From positions 5,272,001 through 5,336,000 of the forward strand of contig NC_058369.1 of the NCBI RefSeq assembly GCF_018350175.1: a stretch of DNA of 64,000 nt, in the 5' to 3' direction. The notes under the pieces are model-generated. The model had not been told where the DNA came from. It saw only the letters and a list, made by a program, of their open reading frames with translations, and made no database searches. Positions within the stretch are counted from its first letter, which is position 1, and every line of letters begins with the position of its first letter. This document shows, in pieces, positions 1-11,015 of this stretch. This stretch comes from Felis catus (Eukaryota). Both the position numbers and the translations under genes were made by a program.

Positions 1-140
1 GGGCTTAGGTTAGGAAGTAGGTATACATGTACTAAGGTATCATGTACAAAGGTGTCCCTCTTGAAAAAAAGAAGCCCCATCTCCAGCTTGAACCATACAT
101 CCTGCCAGAATGATTCTGGAGATACAGTGGCAGGGTAGAT

Positions 141-363
141 CAGGGGTTGGTAAACTTTATAAAAGGCCAAATTGTACCTGTTTTTGTCTCTACGGGTCGT
201 ATGGTCTTTGTGGCAATTACCCAGTGTTGTCCTTGTAGTGAGAGAGAAGCCAAGTCATAGACCATATGTTAATGGATGAGTGTGGCTGTGTTTCAGTAAA
301 ACTTTATCTATAAAAACATGGGGTGAACTGGATTTGCCCTGTGGGCTATTGTTTACAACCCTT
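141..363. mobile_element. MER58A-like hAT-Charlie DNA transposon
   Basis: Termini caggggttggtaaac...gtttacaaccct; internal gtggctgtgtttcagtaaaactttat typical of MER58. Confidence 0.7.
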
Positions 364-711
364 AGAATAGAACTTAAGTGTGGGAGATTTTCTGCCCACT
401 CAGTGTTGGCAATTGCTTGTTAAATTGACCAGTTTTATGCTGTGAGGTCTCTGTTTAGTATAAATTATGCTAACTTTGCCAACATAAGCCATGACATAAT
501 AAAAGGTATTTGGGCAGCTGAGTATTTGGTATATGGAACATATTTAATTTGTGTTGGTAGTTTTTATTGCTGTAGCTGTTACTATTTTTACTCTCTTTCT
601 TATAGCAATCATTATTAGGGTACTGTTTATTGAGCCTTACCTCTTTGCCAGGAACTGTACTCAAATTTGTATACACATTATCTCATTTTAATCTTTCCTA
701 CAAGATCTATA

Positions 712-1025
712 TTAGGAAAACTGCAAAATCCTGATGAAAGAAATAAAAGAAGTTTCAAATAAACGGAGAGATAGTCCATGTTCATGGATAGGAAAACTCA
801 ATATTGTCAAGAAGTCAGTCTGTCAGTTCTTCCCAACTTGATCTGTAGATTGAATGCATTCTCAACCACATTCTCAGAAAATTATTTTGTAGATATTGAT
901 ACAATTATTCTAATGTTTGTACAGAGAAGAAAAAGACCCTAAATAGCTAACACAATATTGAAGGAGAACAAAGTCATAGGAGTGACCCTACCTGACTTCA
1001 AGACTTTGCATATAACCACAGTAAT
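712..1025 (+). mobile_element. Old L1M ORF2 fragment interrupting a MIR
   Basis: Degenerate ORF2 segment (ccatgttcatggatagg...ctacctgacttcaagact); MIR-like sequence on both sides. Confidence 0.65.
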
Positions 1026-1247
1026 TATTTAATCTTTTAATCCTTCTGTTTGCCCCCACTCTACACTTGGGGAAACTGAGGCTTAGAGCACACGGCTTAT
1101 GTCAGATGAGGACCCATGTCTGATTCCATCTAAAGTCCAGGCTCTGAATTAAATGATTCCTGGCGCTGGTTGGATCTTGCTATAGGAGTCTGAATTCAAG
1201 ACCTTTGCCTTCTGAGAAATAGCTAATGCACACCTTTCTCTCAACAG

Positions 1248-1314
1248 CTGCTGGCTCAAGCATGATAAAGCGTTCATCTGGAGTTTTATGGGACCAGTGG
1301 CAGTCATTATCTTG
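1248..1314 (+). CDS. ADGRE4: ADGRE4 (EMR4) exon, ECL2-TM5 start: CWLKHDKAFIWSFMGPVAVIIL
   Basis: Acceptor ctctcaacAG (1246-47), donor GTgggt (1315); 67 bp; CW..FIWSF.GP motif of EGF-TM7 receptors; splices in frame to 2129. Confidence 0.9.
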
Positions 1315-1571
1315 GTGGGTGACTAGTGATAGTTATTGATGTGCCTGCCCTGGGTTTAACAAGCATAGTGTGTTTCTTTCTGTTAAAGCAGAAGTGAGGT
1401 GAAGATAAGGAAAATATAGTCTAATGTGATTTACCCCTCTTCCTGAAAACACAGTCTTCATATCTCTTTCCCAGGCTCCCTCCTGGTTCACTTGTTACTC
1501 TGATGTAATATAACCCTCTGCTGGAGATTCTTCTAAAAATCCCACATTTGTTCACTCAACAACTATTTAGT

Positions 1572-1786
1572 GGGGCATCTGTGTGGTTCAGTCGGTTAAA
1601 CATCCAACTTCGCTCAGGTCATGATCTCGTAGTTTGTGAGTTTGAGCCCCGCATCGGGCTCTGTGCTGACAGCTCAGAGCCTGGAACCTGATTCAGATTC
1701 TGTTTCTCCCTCTCTCTATGGCCTTCCCCCACTCACACTCTCTTTCCCTCTCTTTAAAAAAATAAGTAAACATTTTAAAAATTTTT
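1572..1786 (+). mobile_element. CanSINE (SINEC_Fc type) in ADGRE4 intron
   Basis: tRNA-derived head, CT-rich linker, A tail; TSD caacaa(c/a)tatt(t/c)ag at 1557 and 1787. Confidence 0.9.
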
Positions 1787-2128
1787 CAACAAATATTCAG
1801 CAAATATCTACTCTTCATAGAATGATATGTTTTCCTGTTTGTCAGCAAATTCCTGATCACATCATTGTCCTGGTATAGCTATCAAGAGTACTCTTTCACT
1901 TTCTAGGTGTCTTGGTTTGAATGATAAATTATATAGTCACCCTAATTAAGCACCAAGTGCCACAAGTTCATATATACACAATGTGCTGTATAAAAGACCA
2001 GACCATAGCATAGCATCCAACGAGGCCTGTATCTTTTGGGGAAAGATTCTTAGGTCCAACTCAAACTAGGTTGCATGACCTGGACTCCAGAGAAAATTCC
2101 AAGTCAACTTTTAGTTCTGTGTCCACAG

Positions 2129-2220
2129 ATAAACTTGGTGTTCTACTTTCAAATCCTGTGGATTTTGAGAAGTAAACTTTCCTCCCTCAACAAAGAAGTT
2201 TCTACCATTCAGGATACCAG
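2129..2220 (+). CDS. ADGRE4: ADGRE4 exon, TM5-ICL3: [30 protein letters not shown](R)
   Basis: gtccacAG acceptor, GTaaga donor; 92 bp; matches recalled EMR4 ICL3 [16 protein letters not shown]. Confidence 0.92.
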
Positions 2221-3367
2221 GTAAGAAGGCCCTAGAATCCGTGGTATCCACAGATTTTTTCCTACAGGATTACTTTTCTTTCTGACTGGGAATGAATAAC
2301 CCATATAAAAATCTAATATAAAATATCCTGGTACTTGGTAAAGGGTAAGGGGGGTACAATTTCTAGAAGTAAAAACTATAATTTTCAGGTAGCTTAATGT
2401 ACTCCTTGATCTCTTTCCTCAACAAATATTCATTGGGTGCTCCTGTGTGTAGCATACTGTTCATATGAAATTCATGCCAAGAGTATCAATATTATCATCT
2501 CTCCCCAACCTCGTGAGTCCACCCACTTCTGGGGACTCCATTATCCTTGGGTGTAGACACTCAGTTCTTACTGGCACTGATCTAAATAATTGGAAATAAT
2601 AACAACTAATATTAACTAGGAACTTGATAGATGATGGGAATTTACCAATATTGTTTCACTGAATGCCTATAATTCCAATCTATGAGGTGGGCATGACTAC
2701 TATCCCCCATTGATATGAGGAGCAGGTACTCATGTTACCCAAAAGTGGGCAAGAGTCAGGTGCATTGGTGAGTCAGATGAACAAAACTTAAGGAGCATCT
2801 TTCCAACTTCAGACCCTGGCTTTGATCTCCTCTACTTATCATACAAACCAACATCTCCTAGCTTTGGTGTTTTCTGCCCTAGAGGGTCAGAGTATCCCCC
2901 TTCTTAGTGTTTCCTCATCCTTCTACACATGTATGGATGAGTGTAGGCTCACACCATGTGCATGCACACACTCACACACGTCAGCTGTCCCAGACAGTTG
3001 CCATCAACAACCCTTCTATTTGATAAAACACAATTTTCTTGAAGAAGCCCAACAGCATGCTATGATCTGAAGTCATGATACCATCATCAGTACACATTTT
3101 CAGTACAACTTTCTAGAAGGCACTTTCCACACATCTTCCAATAGGTTCAGATAAATCATTTCCAAGAATAGGAGAAAGCATTATTCTCAGAAGCAGTGAT
3201 TGAAAGCATGGGTTCTGCCTCATCTTCGAGTTGTATGACTTTGCATGAGTCTCTTAAGCACATGAGGTGATGCGAAGTTTAAATCAGGTAATGAGTGCAA
3301 AGCATTTATCACAGTGCCCAACATATAATGATCAGTTATAGTTATTATTACTCCTGTTCCTTCCCAG

Positions 3368-3548
3368 AGTCATGACATTTAAAGCCATTGCTCAGCTATT
3401 TATACTGGGCTGTTCTTGGGGCCTTGGCTATTTTATGGTTGAAGAGTTCGGGAAGGTGATCGGATCAGTCATTGCCTACACATTCACCATCATCAATGTC
3501 CTGCAGGGGGTTTTGCTCTTTGTGGTACACTGTCTCCTTAATCGCCAG
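3368..3548 (+). CDS. ADGRE4: ADGRE4 exon, TM6-TM7: [60 protein letters not shown]
   Basis: ttcccAG acceptor, GTaagg donor; 181 bp; LG.SW and LQG..HCLLN motifs; longer ECL3 typical of EMR4 rather than EMR2/3; overlaps ORF 3372..3581. Confidence 0.93.
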
Positions 3549-3751
3549 GTAAGGCTAATTGTTTTATTTATCACCAGCTGAGTCCCACCATCTTATTGAA
3601 TGGCTATTCACATTCTCACCCTTTTCTGATCTTTTATATTTGTATCTTGTGGTTGCCTTGATTCTGGGAAAAAGGTTTAGGTGCTGCTTGGGTATGCTGT
3701 GTGTTCTGGGTGCATCTGACTAAATTTCACATTCCAATCTCTATCTTAAGA

Positions 3752-3888
3752 GTGTGCTTTTGTCAGCTGGAGATGACAGAACAAAATATCATAGATCATG
3801 TGGCTTGGACAACAGAAATATCTCTTATAATTCTGGAGGCTGGAAATCTGAGGTCAGGGTGACTGTGCAGTTGGGTTCTGGTGAGAAT

Positions 3889-3919
<31 letters not shown>

Positions 3920-4372
3920 CAGAAGTCCACCTTCTTGCTGTGTCCTTCCATAGGAGAGACAAGGAGAGAGAGCTTTTATGTTTCTTTTTTTTTTTCAACG
4001 TTTTTTATTTATTTTTGGGACAGAGAGAGACAGAGCATGAACGGGGGAGGGGCAGAGAGAGAGGGAGACACAGAATCGGAAACAGGCTCCAGGCTCTGAG
4101 CCATCAGCCCAGAGCCCGGCGCGGGGCTCGAACTCACAGACCGCGAGATCGTGACCTGGCTGAAGTCGGACGCTTAACCGACTGCGCCACCCAGGCGCCC
4201 CAGCTTTTATGTTTCTTCTTAACAGAACACTAATACTATTGGATCAGGGCTCTACCATTAGGACTTCACTTATTCTTAGTCACTCCTATAAAGGTCATAT
4301 CTTCAAATACAATCACCTGGGAGGTTAAGCCTTTAACATATGAATTTTAGGAGACACAACTTAGTCCATAGC
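3752..4372. mobile_element. MaLR (MLT1-type) LTR interrupted by a CanSINE
   Basis: MLT1 hallmarks ttctggaggctggaaatctgaggtcaggg and catatgaattttaggagacacaac. Confidence 0.65.
3985..4201 (-). mobile_element. Young felid CanSINE, antisense in ADGRE4 intron
   Basis: CpG-rich, near-consensus; perfect 16-bp TSD AGCTTTTATGTTTCTT at 3971-3986 and 4202-4217. Confidence 0.95.
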
Positions 4373-5419
4373 AGAGCATTTATCAGTCAGGATAAGGGAG
4401 ATTATGCTGCAGTAACAAATAGCCACCACCCCCTAATTTCAGTGGGTGACAACAATAAAGTTTATTTCTTGCTCATGCTACATAACTGTGTCTTGATCTA
4501 CATTGTCTTCACTCTGGGATACAGGCTGAAGGGGCAGCCCTTATTTGGAATATTGGTATTCTTGTGGCAAAGGGAAAGGAGATCCTGGCCAACTGTACCT
4601 GAATTAGTTCTCTTTCATTGGCTGGAGCTAGTCATGTGGCCATACCTGAGTTCACCAGAAAGAGGACACATAATCCTCTTACAGTGTAGTGCACTTTAGG
4701 GAGGGGCACTGGAAAATTTGGCATAATATCCCAAAAACAGAGAGACTTCAGCTCTAGTGTTAGGTTTTACACTGAGTAGGCTGCTGTGTGGGCAGCTTTC
4801 TTACCCTCTCTGAGCCTCAACTTCTCATCTGTGTATATGGTAATACGTGCCTCACAGGGTTGAGAATTAAATGAGATAATGCAATATGAATCTCCTCACG
4901 CAGTTCTTGTGAGGGTCATTATTATAATTTTACTCCTCATAGAATATTGGAAACAATTTTCCTGACTTCCCCACTCTCCCTTTGCTATTGAGTGGAACTA
5001 CCATCGATTAAGATGCTTGTGGCAAAAAGACCATCGTAACACTTTATTAATTTCTCTTTCGTCTTCTAGTGCCTTCTCAATGCTTGGTACTCCTCACACC
5101 CAAAAATGAAGTACAACTTAAGTGTCTTGGTAAAATAATGTCGAGTATTAAGTATTTAAATATCTTTTTCAGACATGTTAAGCAGGTTACATGAAGGGAA
5201 TCCATGTAATCACAGGGGGTGTTTGTATGTAATGGTTAGTTTGGGGTCCTGAGTAAGAATCATGAGGTGTTGAATTCTGTCTGTATGACCTTGGGCAAGT
5301 CCATGTACTTCCACAAGCTTCAGATTCTTTACCTTCAATTGCTGATAAGGGAAGAGCCTTTCTCCTTTGGTTTATGGAAGATGACATTGCATATGGTGCA
5401 AAGTGTATTGAACATAGCT

Positions 5420-5510
5420 TCATCCTTAGAATCACCACCAGCAGCATCACCATCATCACCTTCACCATCCTCCTCCTCCTTGTTCTCAGCATCATCATCA
5501 CCACCACCTC
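5420..5510. repeat. (CAC/CAT/CCT)n trinucleotide low-complexity tract
   Basis: Visible imperfect repeats. Confidence 0.8.
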
Positions 5511-5719
5511 TCTGTAGAGACTTTGTAGTGCCCAACATCTAGTAAATGCCTTTTCTACAATGAGAAAGTTGAATTTCAGAATGAATTAACAAGAGGACTA
5601 TACAGAAAAGTAATGAAAAGGCAGTCATAGGGCTTGGCATCTATATCTTTGGCCTCCTATTTGGGGTCCTTTCTCTCTAACCAAGCTCTGGACATGACAC
5701 AAACCTCTATATTCCTCAG

Positions 5720-5815
5720 GTGCGAATGGAATACAAGAAGTGGTTTAGTGGGATCTGGAAAGCGATTGAGACTGAAAGCTTTGACGTATCTCGCTCTACG
5801 ATCCAAACCAAAATG
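5720..5815 (+). CDS. ADGRE4: ADGRE4 exon, helix 8/C-tail: [32 protein letters not shown]
   Basis: attcctcAG acceptor, GTaagt donor; 96 bp, phase 0-0; VRMEYKKWF...TKM matches recalled mouse Emr4 tail. Confidence 0.9.
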
Positions 5816-5979
5816 GTAAGTAAGACCAGCTTCTCTGCAGTGATGTGTACTTGCTAAACCCAACGTCTCCTACAACCAAGAGCTTCCTGGTCCTTGATCT
5901 AAAAGAAAAGAGAAATTTCATTAGCTTCCTGCATTATGCTGCTGGTTTCTGGTTTTTGAGACCAAAACCAGTGGAGTTC

Positions 5980-6235
5980 TGCTTCCTTCCTTCCATCCCT
6001 GTCTTTCTCTCTCTCTCTCTCTTTCTCCCTCCTTCCCTCCCTCCCTTTCTTTCTTCCTGCATCCCTCCTTCCCTCCTTCATTCTTCCTTCCCTATCCTCT
6101 ATCCCTCCTTTATCATCCCTCCTTCCCTCCCTCCTTCTTCCCTCCTTCATTCATTCCTTTATTCCTTCCTTCCATCCCTGTCTTTCTCTCTCTCTCTCTT
6201 TCTTTCATCCTCTCTCTCTTTCTCTCCCTCTCCCC
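5980..6235. repeat. (CCTT/CT)n polypyrimidine tract
   Basis: Visible repeats. Confidence 0.85.
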
Positions 6236-6269
6236 AGTCTTTCCACAAATATCCAAATGATAATTTAAC

Positions 6270-6550
6270 AACATTCATTTAACAAATATTTATTGATTAT
6301 CCAGTACCTGCTAGATACTGTATTAGGTGTTGGGGAAACAGCAGTGGACACATTGACAAAAATCCTTGCACTCACAGGACTGATGTTGGAGTGGGGTGGG
6401 GGTGGGGGGCTGACAATAAACCCCCAAGTGTAGATTATACAGTATATCACAAAGTGATGTGTGCTATAGAAAAATACAGAGCAGTGAAGAGAAATCAGGA
6501 CGCATGGGGTGAGGGGAGTTTGGTTTTCAGTAAGGTGGTCATGGTGACAG
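6270..6550 (-). mobile_element. L2 3' end fragment
   Basis: cattcatttaacaaatattttattga...aatccttgcactcacagg L2 signature. Confidence 0.6.
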
Positions 6551-7459
6551 CCCTTCACAGTCTCTGTCACTACATTCTATTTTAATTCTCTGTATGATGT
6601 GCCTCTCTGTATAATATTTGTCTTAGTCTTAAAAACATTGAAGTATTTGCTTTTGGTCAGCCTCTGCTCCCCTGTAAGTTTCACTGTTGTGGTCACTATT
6701 GTTTTCCTTCTACCTAGAGCAATGCCTGGCCCACAAAAAATGTTGAGTGTCTAAATTCCTTGCTTACAGATGAGAAACAGACTGGGAGAGTCCACATGAT
6801 TTGCTCAAAGCTACTCAGCTGGGTAGAGGGTTCCAACTTGGGTCTGTTTTTCTCTGAAAGTTGACAGCTTTCCTTAGTTGTCACCAGAGGTGTCACCCCA
6901 GATTGTCAACAATATTGGGACCAGCTTGATAGGACATGCACTCTCATATTAAGGACAATTCTGCTTAGTGGCTGCTGACTATGTCCTATCAGTGTATGCC
7001 ACAGGTTCACCTCTTGGCTAGAATCAGCAGCGGCCAAAGGATATGTCAACCTGAACTGTGTAAAAGAACTTTCTCAATGCTCGTAGTCCCCCAAAACATG
7101 TCACATAGTAGAATCCATAGTGTGGATTCTGGGGTTTGCCAGATTTGAGTTCGTATTTTGACTCTTTCAGGTTTTAGGTGGTAGATGATGGGCAAATAAT
7201 TTAACTTCTCTGAGCCTCAATTCATTCATCATTGAAATGCCCGATTGAGGAACAAAACAATGTACATGAAAGCACTTTGCTCTACTCTGAACCATGTCAA
7301 CCCTGCTTTTTATTAATACCAAATTATCAAAAGTCAGCTACATAGAAGGCCCCAAACAGTAATCTGATCCCCTTATCTTTGGACAACATTTTTCTCTCTA
7401 AAAAGCGCATATCCATCCTGACAGTCGTTACTGATCCTCTGTAGCATTTAAGTGATTCG

Positions 7460-7690
7460 TCACTGTTTGAATGGAGCCAACATGCCTGGGTTCAAGTGAC
7501 AACTCCACCAGTTCCAGGCTGCATCAGCTTACGCTAGCCACTTAATGTCTCTGTGCCTCAGTTTCTTCATCTGTAAATGAGGATGATAATAGTATCTATC
7601 TCATCATGAGAAGTAAGTGAGGTCATATGTGCTAAGAGCTTAGGACGCTGCCTGGTCCACAGTAAACACCCTGTAAATGTTTGTGAAAAG
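7460..7690 (+). mobile_element. MIR
   Basis: Core ctctgtgcctcagtttcttcatctgtaaatgaggatgataatagta. Confidence 0.75.
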
Positions 7691-7891
7691 GTCAAACAAA
7701 TAAAAAGACCATTGCAGATGGTGTTTGGGGACGGGAGAGGCTGTAAGCCATATATTAGGACCTCTTTACTGAGCTTTGGACCCTAGAGAAATTCTTGCTT
7801 GTCCTATCTAGGCACTGCTGGAAGTCCTAGGTAATTTCTGAGGTGTTAATTTCTCTTCAGCTTTGTCTACACATTATTTCCCCCCAAATAG

Positions 7892-7999
7892 GAGGAACCA
7901 ACAACATCATCAGAATTCTATCGCAGAAGAGACGCTGCATCTGTTCAACCACAGCCTCAGACTCTGATCTCTGTTCTTTGGCTAAAACCAGCAAACTGA
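7892..7999 (+). CDS. ADGRE4: Probable terminal coding exon of ADGRE4: EEPTTSSEFYRRRDAASVQPQPQTLISVLWLKPAN*
   Basis: Pyrimidine tract plus aatAG acceptor (7890-91); phase-0 open frame to TGA 7997-99 in non-repeat sequence; AATAAA about 380 bp downstream. Homology weaker than for the other exons. Confidence 0.65.
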   Translation, partial: EEPTTSSEFYRRRDAASVQPQPQTLISVLWLKPAN

Positions 8000-8010
8000 G
8001 CTGCTGTGGA

Positions 8011-8025
8011 CAGCGCCCCCTGTGG
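8011..8025 (-). promoter_or_regulatory. CTCF-like motif (CCACAGGGGGCGCTG on minus strand)
   Basis: CAGCGCCCCCTGTGG, 11 bp after the ADGRE4 stop; core AGGGGGCGC intact. Confidence 0.45.
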
Positions 8026-8378
8026 TGACACACGGATGGGACAAATGCCACCATCTGTCTTTCTCCTGAAAGCAGTCTGTGACTCTTTTCCCTGTTTTGG
8101 CTTCTGTCTCCGTAGAAAGAAAGGGGTGTCGAGAGACTACTGAGACCCCCAAACCCAGAATTGCATATCGTGTGCCATTAAATGCTCAGAGAATTATTTT
8201 TAACAACGAGGGAAATAAGGGGATTTTCATCTTCCAGCTAATACTACCTTGCCCAGGATTTATTGGCCAACATCTGGATTCAGCTTGCAGATTTCTCTCT
8301 CTGAATTTTTGGCTCCACTTTATACTCCTGAAGATCTTGCATCACTCAACATTTTCATAGTTCAATAACTCCCATATG

Positions 8379-8384
8379 AATAAA
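8379..8384 (+). terminator. Candidate polyadenylation signal (AATAAA) of ADGRE4
   Basis: First AATAAA I found after the stop at 7999, followed by GT/T-rich sequence; further AATAAA near 8730. Confidence 0.45.
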
Positions 8385-9524
8385 TATTAAAAACAGGGTT
8401 GTATTCTTGCGTTGTAAAAATACACCTCCATCCCACTCAGGAGGGCGTCCTAAGGAAATGTCTAGTGGTCAGGAGACCAGCACTGTCTTCTTTGCTTGAT
8501 GACTTTCAAACCTACTCATATACTCAGGTTAATTTTAGTGTGATCTCAAGCACTCGCTTTAGTAGCACATATACTTAATGTCATATCATGTCCTCATGGA
8601 AATGCTCCCAAACCAATAGCGGCGGGGGGGGGGGGGGTCACAGCAGTCCTTTGGCCTTATGTATTTAGTTTTAACATTTCTAATTTTGTTTTCAAAGTCA
8701 TTGGATTTAGTGTGTTTTTCAGCACCAAAATAAATAAATGTATGGCTAACTTTGTTACCAGACAGTATTTTCAAAGCAACTTTAAATAATAACAGCAGGA
8801 AATGTAAAAATAGCAGCTGAGACTCACCGTGATTCATTTGAAGAGATTTCTTGTGCAGTTTTTAAGGCATGAACCAAAGACTGTCCCTTTTTCTGCTTAA
8901 TCAGCTTAAGTGTCTCTTCCACATGGTGGTGGTGCAAACAGAATGCATGGTTCACTCCACTTGCCGGCTTTAAAATTATGTGATTCGTCTCAGGGAGGCA
9001 AATTGGGGAGATTCACGTGGTTTCAAAATGCATGCCTGCTGTGTGACTTTTTATATCCTGCAATTTGAAATATACACGAATAGAACTCGCATGAAATGCA
9101 ACCTTCCTGGGCAGTTGACAAATCCTTGTGCTTAAGCCCCGCTAATGTCGCTGCTGTTTTTGTATCCAAAACAGTTGCAAAAAGTGAATAAACAAGCCAA
9201 ATGTTCTAGGCGCTTTGGGTTTGGACCTCTCTATTCAATATTTTCACTTCCTCCCAACATCAGGTCTGCTTTCTTTCTCTTATCTGCCTTGCTCACCCCC
9301 TTCACTTTAAGAACTACTGTCTTCATCCTTTGAGAGCCCTTTATTCTTCTAGACCTCAGTGAAATTCCTTGCTCTATTACTGTCAGTATGACGTGATTTA
9401 CCCTATATTTTGTGTGCTATTGCACACATGATACGTGTGTGCTTGTAAATCATTCCTGCCTGGACTATAAACTTCTGGAAGGCAAGAATGATAGACGTTT
9501 TAATGATCAATTGCAAGGTGGTAA

Positions 9525-9772
9525 GTGATAGTTTCCCTGCCTCCACCTAGAACATTAATTCCCAAGCTCCGCACTGTTAACATTTTGGCCTGGATAATTC
9601 TTTTTGCGGGCAGGAGCTGCTGTGCATTGCAGGATTTGCAGCAGCATCCCTGGCCTCTACCCGCTAGATGCCTGTAACCTCCCCCATCCCACACACACCC
9701 ACTGTGACCATCAGAAATGTCTCCAGACATTGCCACCTGGGAACAGAAGTGATCTTATTGAGAATTACTGGC
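9525..9772. mobile_element. MER20-like hAT element
   Basis: cagcatccctggcctctacccgctagatgcc...aaatgtctccagacattgcca...ttgagaattactg. Confidence 0.7.
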
Positions 9773-10214
9773 TTAGGCATTAGTTCATAGTGAAAAAGTC
9801 CTTTGTGGTCACCCAGCTGTTCCAGGAAATGAATACTCAATCAGAATGTGGTTATTACGCACATGCTCTGCACTCCAAGGGGGTGGTACGTCTGGGGAAC
9901 ACCTCTTGTCCGGCCAGCTCTCTTTTCTGGGAACTGCCCACCTCGCTGTGGCAGAGACTATTCATCAAAACCCACATCTGCTTCTTTGCAACATGTACTT
10001 TTGCTGAGAAGGGTCCCCTGCTTGGGTTTGTGCTGCAGAGGAGAGGAAATAAAATTAGGAGACTCCAAGCCGGGGGCTCTTAAGACTTTGTTTTATTGCA
10101 TCACAGAATACTTTGAGAGTCAGATTTTTAAAGAGTGAGTCTTTTCCCTGCAAAAATACATACAGGCAGTGCATGAATCACGGATGTTCTCAGTTGCAAC
10201 TGATAGAAATGTAG

Positions 10215-10540
10215 CTGCTCTGTCTTGCTGCCCAAATGTGGCCTGGAAACCAGCAGCATAGTGACATGCAAATCACTTGGAAATTTGGTACAAATGCAGA
10301 ATCTTAGGCTCCATCCCAGATCCAGTGAATAGGACCCTTCTTTTTAACATGATCTCTAGGAGATTCTATGCAAGTCAAAGTTTGAGAAACTTGTGGTCTA
10401 CGGATCTGCATCATCAGCATGGCCTGGGATATTGTTAAAAATGCAAATCTCAGATGTCACCTGAAAATCACCACCAGACACAGAATCCCTACAGTTGGGG
10501 GCCCAGGAATCCATGGCTTAACAAACTCTACAGGGGATTC
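10215..10540. mobile_element. MER5A-like elements; the last copy is split by the L1 stack and resumes at about 21588
   Basis: aaatgcagaatcttaggctccatcccaga...ggagattctatgcaagtcaaagtttgagaaac; continuation gattcttatgtatatttaagtctgagaaacactg at about 21592. Confidence 0.65.
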
Positions 10541-11015
10541 TTTTTTTATGTTTTGAGTTTTTATTTAAATTCTCGTTAGTTAACATGTGGTATCATATTG
10601 GGTTCAAGAGTACAACTGAGTGATTCATCACTTACATACTACACCCAGTGCTCATTACAAGTGCCCTCCTTAACACCCACCACTCATTTAGCCCATCTTC
10701 CGACCTTCCCTCCAGCAACCCCCAGTTTGTTCTCTCAGGGGTTGTCTCCCCTTTTTTCCCCTTCCCCTATGTTCATCTGTTTTGTATCTTAAATTCCACA
10801 TATGAGTGAGATCTTCTGGTATTTGTCTTCCTCTGACTGACTTATGTCACTAAGCATAATACACTCTAGCTCCATCCATGCTGTTGCAAATGGCAATATT
10901 CCATTCTTTTTCTGGCTGAGTAATATTCCAGTGTATGTGTGTGTGCATGTGCACATCTTTTTTATCCATTCATCAGTCGATAGACATTTGGGCTCTTTCC
11001 ATAATTTGACTATGC
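10541..11015 (-). mobile_element. 5'-truncated carnivore L1 (ORF2 end plus 3' UTR)
   Basis: T-tail, L1 3' UTR, ORF2 C-terminus WKEPKCLSTDEWIKKM (ORF 10789..11052). Confidence 0.9.

Noticed and set aside
3754..4233. 159-aa ORF and similar ORFs over SINEs
   Set aside because: Chance translation of MLT1, poly-T and CanSINE sequence.
5187..6282. Met-, Ser-, Pro- and Arg/Glu-rich ORFs
   Set aside because: Low-complexity repeats in introns.
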